Source: Paramecium tetraurelia (Eukaryota). Taken from it: a DNA stretch of 64,000 nt. The position numbers and the translations under genes are program-made. Positions within the stretch are counted from its first letter, which is position 1. Every line of letters begins with the position of its first letter. The notes beneath the pieces were generated by a model. It had not been told where the DNA came from, did not search any database, and was given only the letters and a program-made list of their open reading frames with translations. This document shows positions 11,635 to 22,578 of the stretch, piece after piece. The DNA is taken from NCBI GenBank assembly GCA_000165425.1, contig CT867987.1, positions 248,001 to 312,000 of the forward strand, written 5' to 3'.

Positions 11635-14600
11635 TCATTTCTGCAACAAGTTGTCCTGGGACATATTGATTTAATCTTAACTAGTTTATTCTATCATAAT
11701 TGATTATTCCATTCCCTTAGTTTATAATTGTTTGGTATCTACTGGTTAAGATGGCTTTTGTTCTTAAGCCTTTTGCTTTGGTTCTTCTTCAACTTCTTCC
11801 TTCTCCTCATAATAGTGGATCATTCTAATAAGTTATGAATCAGACACAGTCTCAAATTATTATAATATGATTGTGGGAGTCAAAGAAATGCAGGAAAGGA
11901 AGATTACAATGAAAACACTCTTTACGCTATCCAAAATGGCTTCTAAATGATGAATATATTGTGCAATGCTTGTACTCCAAGTTTCAGATGAGCATGTAGT
12001 AAATAATATCAAGATACAGATTGTAATGTTGAACATGATTACAACACTAAATTAGAGAGATAGATATACATTTATTCTTTTGAAAGTGTGCTCAAGTAGA
12101 GTATTGGTTACATTTGAGTAGTCAAAAGGACTGTCAAATAGGAGACCAACGAAATGTAATAAAATCCCTCGATGATACCGTCTTAATTGTTGGCATATTA
12201 TAGAATCTAAGAATATATGATAGTAAACTTACATTAGCAGGTAAATAGAATATGATGAAACCTTGATAAACTGAATCAAAGAATATTAGGAACAGTTTCT
12301 TCCTGTTGAAATAATAATCTCTTTGACATTTGATGAATTCACTAGCAAACATTCTAATGACTCTATGATTGACATCAGAATAGAAGGAGAAGATCAAAAA
12401 TCCATATAGCGGTGTGAAATAGGTCTAGAACATGAAGTGGAAACTGGTTGTGAATAATTATGTGCTGGAGTACCCATTAAAGAATGAGAAGAAGAATTCG
12501 CACATAGTAATGAGGAAACCCTTATAAAGTATGAATAACAAAAATCCAGCAGTTCTAACATGGGTTTGTCTGGCATGAGTCAAGATGAGTTTGGACAATC
12601 CATCTAAGCTAACCAATTCTACATGACTCATGGCAGAAAATAATGATGGGTTTTTAGCACTTTGGGATTGAACACTTGCTCTTATTGTGTTGACTTTGCA
12701 TAAACATAAGTCTTCATCATGTAGTCCAACGGATACAATAGCCTAGGTTTTAGATTGATCCTTTTGAAATGTGATAAGTTATTCGATTTGAATTTTGGTA
12801 AGATCATGGAAGACAACAAAGGAAGCAATCATAATGACTTCGTAAAACTGTGATCTCATTTCTCCATCTGACAATGCTTAATCCAACACTTCCTAATTGA
12901 TAATCAGAGTTATGAATTTATCATCAATCTTATACAAATTATCAAACACTTTGAATTCTCTTGTGGATTATTTGAATAATGGGGCAGCTTGACTCTTAAC
13001 ACTATTCATTTCATTATGTAAATCATCCTTAGTGAATTCAACACATTCCATATACTATTTCAAATATTGTAGAGTTTAATCTCTTTCTACGTCTCTAATG
13101 AAGAACCATTGTCTAATGATAGCCAGATTCATATCTAATAACAAGTGGAAATTATGATGAGCAACAGTCTAGAATTAGAATACTCCACATGGTTTAATTT
13201 AAGTCATCAATTATTCTTCTGCAAATGGGGGTAATTGAATGTACTTCCTCTTAAAAGCTGATGATCCCAATTGCTTGTACAATCTCTAATATTCTTATTC
13301 TTGGAATGTATACTCAAAGATGGCTTTTCCTTACATAAATTGTGATAATTGAGGATGCTCCTTACATAAAGTACTTTCGATATCAGCCTACAAAACCCAA
13401 ATATATCTTTTGCTATTCATTTTCTCAAACAATTCTCTATCCTTCTTAATTCTATCTTGCAATTATTGTAAATCTGATGCTTCTTCATCATCTGATTCCA
13501 AATCCTTCTCCTCCAACAATGGCATCTCATACAAATAAGCATCCCATTATTCAGTATTAACAATCAATTTCACTGTATATGTTCTTAGCACTTCCTTTGG
13601 TAGTAATACACTTCTTTGATTGTCATCATATGAAAATTGTACACACTCACCCAATTAACAATATTTCTATACGGCCAATTAAGTAGGATTCAAAGTCTTA
13701 TATGGTAGTGTCAATAATGCTCTTTCAAATACAAATGTGCTACGTTCCTTATCATCACATTGAGCATCATATTCTAAATCAATTTACTCAAAGGCAGTTG
13801 ATTAATTAACTTAAATCTAATCTTCCATAATCTCCTTATTAGGTTTAGGTTCATATCCCTGCAACTTAACATCGTCATTATTCTTCTCTAGATCTTTCTT
13901 CTCTCCTTATGGTCCTCCTAATAAGGTGGCCTTTCCAACTCTTAATTTTGGCTCATTTAGCACTTAGCCATAATTGACAAACTTGGTATTAGCTAGATTA
14001 TCCAGAGCTATATAGCTGTTCAACTTCGTCAATTATCCTGATCTTTGAGGGTCCATTCCAATATCATCAATGACCTTCTTCCTTGCCAACAATAAAAATA
14101 TTGGTCTGAACACTTCTACAAATATTGGGACTATGTTGCTGAAGATTATCAATCTATCAATTAATAAGGATATAAAATTATAGTTGCTTTATTCTCTGAT
14201 ATAAAGATGCTTATCTTTGTTATTGCTACTCCAAATAGATCCTGCAATTGAAAATGTAATTGAGAGTACTATGGCAATACCGATGCTGAAAAACTCAGAA
14301 TTCAAGGGGTTTAAATACAAGGGTAGATTGAAGGATAAGGCTTCTCTTAAATACTTTTAACGAGTGGAAGAATGAAGCAAGACACCAATCAATTCGGATG
14401 ATTCTACAATTCCATTCTCCTCCACTAAGTTGTCATGGTTCAGTTGCACGTCAATTGGTTCTACCAAATCCAATCTCAATCGAGCCTTAGTATTTTCTGA
14501 GAATATTGGCAATTGATTGAATTCCAATTATCCATCAATGTATGTCAAATCAGGCTCTTGCAATTTGGGAGCAGCCACTTTATATGTTTTTATGTCGTCT

Positions 14601-15671
14601 CCAAAATTGACCTGAGCGTGTTCACGGCCCTCTGCACTTAGAATTATCATGGGTGCAGGCACTCTGTCTCCCTTCTTTAATTAGACTATGCACCCAGGAA
14701 ATAGTCTAATTATGGATCTGGTACTGAATCGTTTTTATGCGAAATCGAACACGGATACTAATTGCCTATCAAATTTGAATTCCAAATCTAATTCCTGTCT
14801 ATATACCCTATACCATAAAAATGTGGGCAAGGAAGCAAGTATCAGGATGTATATTATAAAGAATTAAAATTGCTTGATAAATAGTAATAGAAAATTACAT
14901 TAACTGACGTCATTGTATAATCAAGAATGGTAATGATTATAATAAATGGCAGAATGGGAGTCATGAAAGCACGTTTTAATGACATTTTGAGTGCATTTTG
15001 AAACAAACTGCCTTTTTGTGTCAACATAGAAATTCCATAAAAGTCTGTTTTGGGATCTGTTGATTGAATGCCTATCTTCAATTATTGACTGAAGATAGTG
15101 TCCACCAATTCATCTCTATTTTCCTAACTGGCTGGGAATTGTTCTGTAGTTCCCTTTCCGATGGGATGAACAGAAAATTCAAGACTGTTTTCCATGTTTT
15201 TTCCGTCGTATTTCTGAATCACATCCAAAATACTTTCATCTTTTTTTGGAGTGCTTCTCTAGGAACGGTTGGATTTCGATTTGATAAAGACATCTCCTTC
15301 TTCTGGAGGCAATGGCTAATCTTCAGGATCCTCCAATTTCAAGACACCAGGGTCGTCATCCTCCTCTTCTTTTTCATCTGGATTAAGAAACAGAGATTTT
15401 GCCATGGGAGCCACATATTATGAATCAACTTTTATTCCCTATGTAGCTCCTGCCTCCTTACTAGTCTTGAATAGTTTAGTAAAATTGATCACGGGGCCAT
15501 CCTCACTCGCCTCCTAGGCCTATTCATTGCTGATCTCTTGTTGTCTCACTTGTTTATGTTTAAATCTGGTGGATATTTTTGGCTATTCTTTTGGTGGCAC
15601 ATTGTCATCATCTTCCTCAAAGGCAATGATATCTAATTAAGAAAGAACATACTATCATCTTCTTCTGTCAT
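11635..15671 (-). CDS. P4-type ATPase (flippase)-like protein (~1313 aa) with degenerate catalytic motifs
   Basis: PGCIVQLKKGDRVPAPMIILS (A domain), TM4 NIVPI, C-terminal LYKGFLITMCEFFFSFFNGYSST membrane block; four introns (20, 26, 26, 23 nt) give an intact frame. Confidence 0.85.
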
Positions 15672-15730
15672 CTGATTATTTAATATTTATTATATTTTAA
15701 CCTGAGTGTTAAGAAGTCTATATTTATATA

Positions 15731-16655
15731 ATGTAATAATATCATAGAACCTTCAATTCAAAGGCTCCTGATCGAAATCTCATTGTTCGTTCAACCCTCA
15801 AACTCCCTCAAATAAGGTATTATGTTCCAAAACCACAAAAGCATTGGAATGATGAATATACCCACAAGATCTTCTGAGCATATACGTAGTTCTCGTTTGC
15901 ATACAAAAACCAAGACATACATTAAACCAAAGGAACGACCAAAATTCAAACAATTTCCAACAGAAAAAACTATGCCTACTTTGGGATCACTGAATTCTCC
16001 AAGGTCTGAAGATGAAGGAGATTCTACTCATAAAAGTTAGTTCTCCTTTCGCAGAACTCTCATTGATACATTATCATTACGACAATCTCGAAAAACAAGT
16101 CTTGAAAGAGAGAAGCAGATGGAGGACAACAGGTAAGAAAGGATCGAAAATGATAAATCTTCTGACAAATAAGCTTTAGAAGAAGAGGCTAAAGATCCCA
16201 CTCTAGATGAGCCAGAAATCAGACCGAAAAAGGAATCCCAGTCTATCAGACCTAAAAATGAGAGTGTATCATCCTAATTCACTTAACTTACAGATGAAAT
16301 TCACTCAGTTTGGGATAATATGGATTTGTACTTAAGAGGTGTTCAATTTGATGATTTTGATCATTAAAATCAACTGCAATCATTTCTTCAATTGTATAAG
16401 ATGAGGAGTGGTGGCTTTCCTGTATGTTATGAATTGTATCTTTAGGGTGCAAAAGAGAATCTTTAGAATGAAGAAGTAATCAGACGGGCAGTTGAATATG
16501 CAAAAGGTAATCGACAAGTGTTCAAGAAGTATTTTCCGACCAAACAAGTAGTTTTTGAAAATGACGAAGACTATACATAAAATTACGATGTAAATGCAGA
16601 TCCTAATTTTAGAAAATTTCATATTTATTTAAAAAATTATAATTAGCAATCATGA
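15731..16655 (+). CDS. Hypothetical protein, divergently transcribed 59 bp from the P4-ATPase-like gene
   Basis: ATG 15731, 25-nt intron, TGA 16653-16655; frame intact. Confidence 0.75.
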
Positions 16656-16686
16656 TGTATCTCATACTATAAATATATATAAGTAA

Positions 16687-18579
16687 TCAATTAAATAATA
16701 CTTTTTCAATATAATTTATACATTCGTTCCTGCTTAATTATAATTTGCTACTCTGTAACAATTGTTCCACATTCTAAGTGTACTCTCCAACGAACTTCGC
16801 ATAGTTGCACAACAGAAATGTGAACAATTAAATCTTAGGATTTTCATATCCCAAAATTATTTAATATAAATATTCTAAATATAGTCGAATTCATTACATT
16901 TTATAAACTACAAACTCAAATGCTTAGCCAAATTACAAAACTATATTGAATATTCAAAGTTATTGTTAAAAATGTCCATGAATTCCAAATCATTCATTAT
17001 CAGAGTATAATTCTCATTTAACAGCAATTAACATTCCTAAAAACTATTGAAACTATCAAAATGCAATTCCAGTATCTACTTCTCTATGTTCTTAAAAGTA
17101 TCGCTCTATTTAAAGATTTCAAAATCCTTTAATTCGAAATTATTCACATTTCCATCAATCAAACCGTGTTTCAATTGAGTAGTCTTCATCATAATATTCT
17201 TCAATATGATAAATTGCAATTTATATACAGTAGTCTATTAAATGGTGACTTACGAATAATCAAGTAATTAGATCCTTAATTGTTTCATCAACAACAAAAA
17301 TTCTATTTAATTTTGAATGATTTATTTATTATTTTACAATTCATCGTTCTCACTCCTCTATCTCGAAAATCCCTTCTAATTCTCTCCAAACATCTTGTTC
17401 CCACTATTCCTTGTACTCTATGGCTGATTGCCAATACTGATAGTCCTATCTTTCTTTAAAGTCTACGGAATCATCATCGTTTTACTATGATGAAATAGTT
17501 ATCGAATTTCTTATTTAGGAGAATCAACCTTTGATAATAACTCCTTCTAACTAGTTTTCTACCTATTGTAAATTTAGAGAGGAGATTTAGTTTATGGAGG
17601 CGAATTGACTGCAACTAATTTTGCATTGATATTTGATGAATCAGACTCATTCTTAATCTATGAGGTAGAATGCTGAGACCTTTGAGACTTCTAATCTAAC
17701 TCCTTCATCACAAATTTATTGTCGAACAAAGGATGGGTAAATACTTGTTCCCATCCTAAACGCTTTTATTCCTCATATTATAAACAGCCCAAAATGAATT
17801 ATTAGGACAGGGGTGATATCTTCTTGCCTATAATTAATAATTAAAGTTACTAAATTTGATACTGGTATTTCTCTGCTTATTTATTAAATCCAGAATATCC
17901 ATAACATTCCATGGAGTTCTGCCTTCAATCAATTCATAATAGATTAGACCCACACTCCATACATCACACTTGGAAGTGTACTATTTCCTCAATAATACCT
18001 GTGGAGACATGTACAAAGGCGTTCCTGCCAATGAACTCATGAGATCTCCTTCTAAGTGTTAGAATCGTTTAGCGAACCCGAAATCAGCTATCTTAAATAT
18101 ATTTTCAGCAGTGATCAAAATGTTAGCTGGTTTCAAATCGCGATGGACGATCCCTCTCTTGAAAGATTAGAGTATCCCTTTTAAGATCTGTGTTATTATG
18201 GGTAAGGCTTGTTATTCAGTTAGGCATCCATGTCTTTTCATGTACTCTCTCAGATCACCCCCTGTGCACAATTCGCTAACAATGTAGCAATTATTTGGAG
18301 TTTGAACTACATCTAATAATTTAACTATATTTGGACAATCCAGATCCTTCATTATATCAATTTCCTTTCTAAGAGATTGCTGGTCGCATTGCAAAGGTAC
18401 AACTTTAATAGCAACAACTTAACTTTAATTTAAATTTCGACATACTTTGTATCAATATTCATTCCAACATATACAATCCCATAGGACCCACGTCCTATAA
18501 CAGCTTATTAACTGAAAGTGTAGTTGAGGATTCTTTTATCTGGCTGAAGCTAAGATAACTATTGAATTCGAGTCTGCAT
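16687..18579 (-). CDS. Ser/Thr protein kinase (ATG1/ULK-like ciliate expansion)
   Basis: [49 protein letters not shown]; three 23-nt introns. Confidence 0.9.
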
Positions 18580-18857
18580 GATCGTTAATTAAATTAAATA
18601 TCATAATGATTATACATTCAATTCTACTAACTCAATACAAATTCACAAAACCATCTAAAATTCAACCCACTCCTTGATTCGACACAATTAACATAACAAT
18701 AATGAACATAAATTTATTGGAGTGCTAAGTTAAATTCTGAATTGCATTGAATAATAATAATTAAAATAATCCAAATTCTGAATGTTGATTCCAACTTTTA
18801 AAGGGATTTTCCTAAATATATCATTTCCTATACTCATTGGGGATAACAAAAAATAAA

Positions 18858-19462
18858 ATGATAAACCACTAAGAACTATCTTCATCTGAAGAATAGAATC
18901 AAATTAAATCAACTCGTTTGCAATAGCAGTCCTCAGAAGTGGGTAAGCCCTAGACTCAGGAAAGAACTGAGCCTAAAGAGAGTTAACCTGATCTGTCTTC
19001 CCAATCTGAGGATAATTCCCACTCTTTAGACACCAGTTAACATCAATAGATTAGCACTTCTTCTCGTAACACGATTAAGCTATCCGATGCAAAATTATTA
19101 TATAAACCAGTGCCAATTAAAAAGGAACCCGAGAATGTGTTCAATAAAATAGCGTCGACCACAATTGATTCTCTGCCAATGGAACTTTTTCATATCGGGA
19201 CTTTTAGTCACCAGGGTAGTTTCATAAATGGAGATCAATGTGAAAGGGTGGTGGAAGTCAAGACTGTTGGCAAAAATATCATCTTCCCAAATGATTCGTA
19301 TGAGTTAGCAATATTGGAATGGAAACCAAGGTATTATTTGTGAATTCTCATTGTAGAGCCAATGGGGTTAAACCAAAGAACTCAGGAGAGTTATTAAAAT
19401 ATGTTCAGGAATTATATCCTGACTTACTCAAAAAATATTATGATGGAATCAGGAAGGAATGA
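18858..19462 (+). CDS. Chromo-shadow-like domain protein without a chromodomain (~192 aa)
   Basis: GSFINGDQCERVVEV..ILEWKPRANGVKPKNS..YPDLLKKYY resembles the HP1 chromo shadow pattern; 26-nt intron; Ser/Gln-rich N-terminus. Confidence 0.7.
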
Positions 19463-19576
19463 TTATATTAATTTGACCCTTTTTAATTAAGTAAGTGTCT
19501 GATTCTTCTGAAATAATTATGGTAACTATCTCCGAGATAATTAATTTGAAAAACATTATTATTATATTTATTTAAA

Positions 19577-22500
19577 ATGTCGGAATCACTTGAAAGTACT
19601 TCATTAAATCGATATTAGAGTAATAATTCCAAGGTCCTTAGTCTCTTTTAATGTCAAATTGCGTAGGCTTTCAAGAAGGTGATTTTCTACAACCTCCAAG
19701 TTAAAATTCGTACTCTGTTCCTGTTGAACTTTCTCCTAATAATCCAATTAAAAATTAAATAAAAAAGACATTGATTACTGGAACTGGCAGGTAGAGCGTG
19801 TTTGAAGAAGAATCTTCAAATCATGGTAAACCTGAATTTTTAAGATTAATTATTGCAAAAAGCTTATAAAATAACTTTATTAATAATCTATGGAATAAGT
19901 CATACTTACGAAAATTACATTAATTGACGGAGTATCAAATAAAAACAATAGACGATTTAAGATTTAGCAGTTCCTCTGCTGAGTCAGCTTATGACAGCTT
20001 GGATGTATTTACACCTTATAGCAAATTCATATTCTTTTGGGATATTTCGTAGATAGTGTTATATTTATTTATATTTTTTTGGTTGCCTTTTAAATTATCA
20101 TTCGGAATGAATGAGATTTGTGAGTTTTGGAATGATAAAAATAAACACGATTTGGAAATCATCATCCTTAGCATCTTGTCATGCGATGTTTTGGTTGGAA
20201 TGAATATGGCCTTTATTCACAAAGGATAAATCATCAAAAATAGAAAGAGGATTTTATAAAATTATATTAGATAGTACGCATTTGTCGATTTAGTATTATT
20301 TTATTTATTATCTTGGTCTCATTAGCAGTATTGACCTTCCATTTCTTTCTTCATGACAATTCAAAATAAGCAACCACCCTGTTAATTATATTTGCAGTTG
20401 TATTTTACATCTTAAGACTCAACAAAATAGAAAAGATACTCGCCCTAATATAGGAGTAAATTTGATTATAAATTATTAGATTCTTCAATTTGAATGGTAA
20501 ATTAAATGATCTACTTGCATTAGTTTAGATGATTACAATCATTATTTATATAATCCACATTTGCGCATGTGTTTGGCATGGCATAGCTAATATTAATTGT
20601 CATCCCAATTGGATAGATTCCTATGAATTGAGAGATACTGATATTTATGTTAGGTACAATGTAGCTGTCTATTGGGCAACCATGACAATGACTACAGTAG
20701 GATATGGTGATGTTACTGCAAAAAACAACATTGAAACTGCTGTTAATAATGTCACTATGTTAATTGGTAGTATTGTTTTCGCATATTCAGTTAATAGTAT
20801 AGGAATATTTGTATCTAATCTATATAAGAGTAGATAAGAGTACAATCACACTGTAAACTTAATCAATACATTTATGTCTAAAAACAATATCTAATTTGAT
20901 CTTTAGACAAGAATTCGAAGTTATTTGCAATATATATGGCAAGAAGAGTAGTAGATGAACGAAGAACAAGTGGGTTCTATTGTTTAAAAGTTAAGTAGTC
21001 ATCTTCAAGATGAGCTAAATTTTCAATTAAAGGGCAACATATTAAATTAATGTAAAATAATAACCAAGACTTTTTCACTTAAATTCAAGCAACATCTCTT
21101 ATTGGTGATGGAAGAACAAAGCTTTTCTCCTGAAGAAAGAATAATAACGGTACAATAAAGAATACTATAATTTTAGTTGAATTAACAGGATGATAATTCT
21201 TTGTATATAATAACAAAAGGGGAAGTGGAGATAGTATTTGAAGGAACCAATCAAAATGGAGATGTGCTACAAAGAAACAGTTTGTAATGGTTGAAGGCAG
21301 GAGACTACTTCGGTGAGATATCATTCATAACAGGCAAATTGAGAAGTGCATCTGCAATTGCAAGAGGGTTTGTGAGAGTGTTTAAAATCAAAAGGGAATA
21401 GTTATTAAAGCTCTTAACCTTATTTCCTAATGAGTATGAGAAGTTTTGCTGTTTGAAAGACTAATTGATGATGAAATAAGCAGTAGCATCAGCCATATCA
21501 TGTTATAGTTGCAAGAGTGATTAGCATCTGATAAATGAGTGTCACTTCCATCATTATTGTGCAGACATGGAATCCCTGATAAAGAAGGAGTAATTCCCAG
21601 TTGAACAAAAGAGGAAATCTTATGATCGTAGAGGCTACACAAGCAAATTGCATCCTTGGTTAAACCAATATGTCCTTACTAACAAAGCCAAATAATATGC
21701 GTATACAAATACTATAACGGATAATGATTCTGAGGAAAACGATGATGAAGAAAATGGTATATACTAATCAAGTGAGGATGATGAAGAATAAGCCCAATTG
21801 AGAGATAACTCGTAGTCTATCAGTGCCACTCAACACTTAAATGACACTGAGGATGAGGATAATAATAGGATCCCAAAGTATAAGAGAAACATAGCAATAC
21901 CTCATGAGACCATCAAGACTGCTGGATTTGGATAGCACAAATAGGAGAGACAATAGCAACATGATTCTCCTTAAATTGAGGGTGTGATTGCAGAATCAAA
22001 GAAATTGATCAACACCTATTAAGTAAAGCCTCCTCAAGGGGATAATAGAACTAATCCTAAGACATCCAAGAAGAGAATTACATTAGTTAAGGAGGCGGCA
22101 CAAGAGGAGCGATAAGGGTCTGAGTAATTTTAGAAGACATGTATAGCAATAATGTGTGATATTTTGTTTAGTTCGTTAAGCTACAAAGAAGAGATCTAAA
22201 ACGGCTAGAGGAGTCAAAGATCACAGTTAATTTACTGATGGTTATTTGAACCAAGAAGGTTAGTTGGCAGCGTATTTTGATAAGATGTAGATATTTAGTT
22301 ACTATTTCCCTATCAATAATTACGATGTTATTCTGAAACGCTATGCCAGAATTTAGAAATAATTCGGCAAGAAAAGAGTATTCCCTGATTCTTCCATTTA
22401 TAGTTTTTTTATTTTGACAATAAAGAAAGGCTATAAATTGAGAAGACTTGGAGAGGAATTATAAAATCGTGCTGGACCCTAAAAGTTGCCAATAACATCA

Positions 22501-22578
22501 AAAAAGCCACATAGAAAATCGAAACCAACTTTATTGTTTGGAAAAGACTTTATAATGAATAATAATATAAATGTGTGA
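19577..22578 (+). CDS. Cyclic-nucleotide-binding-domain K+ channel (KCNH/CNG-like), paralog 1
   Basis: YWATMTMTTVGYGDV pore, C-linker, CNBD FGEISFITGKLRSASA; introns 19596-19618, 20293-20315 (non-canonical), then 24, 27 and 31 nt; TGA 22576-22578. Confidence 0.93.

Noticed and set aside
15064..15423. Standard-code ORFs such as 15064-15423+, 5257-5457+, 8208-8411+, 21085-21324-, 25511-25741-, 41954-42163-
   Set aside because: Antisense shadows of well-supported genes.
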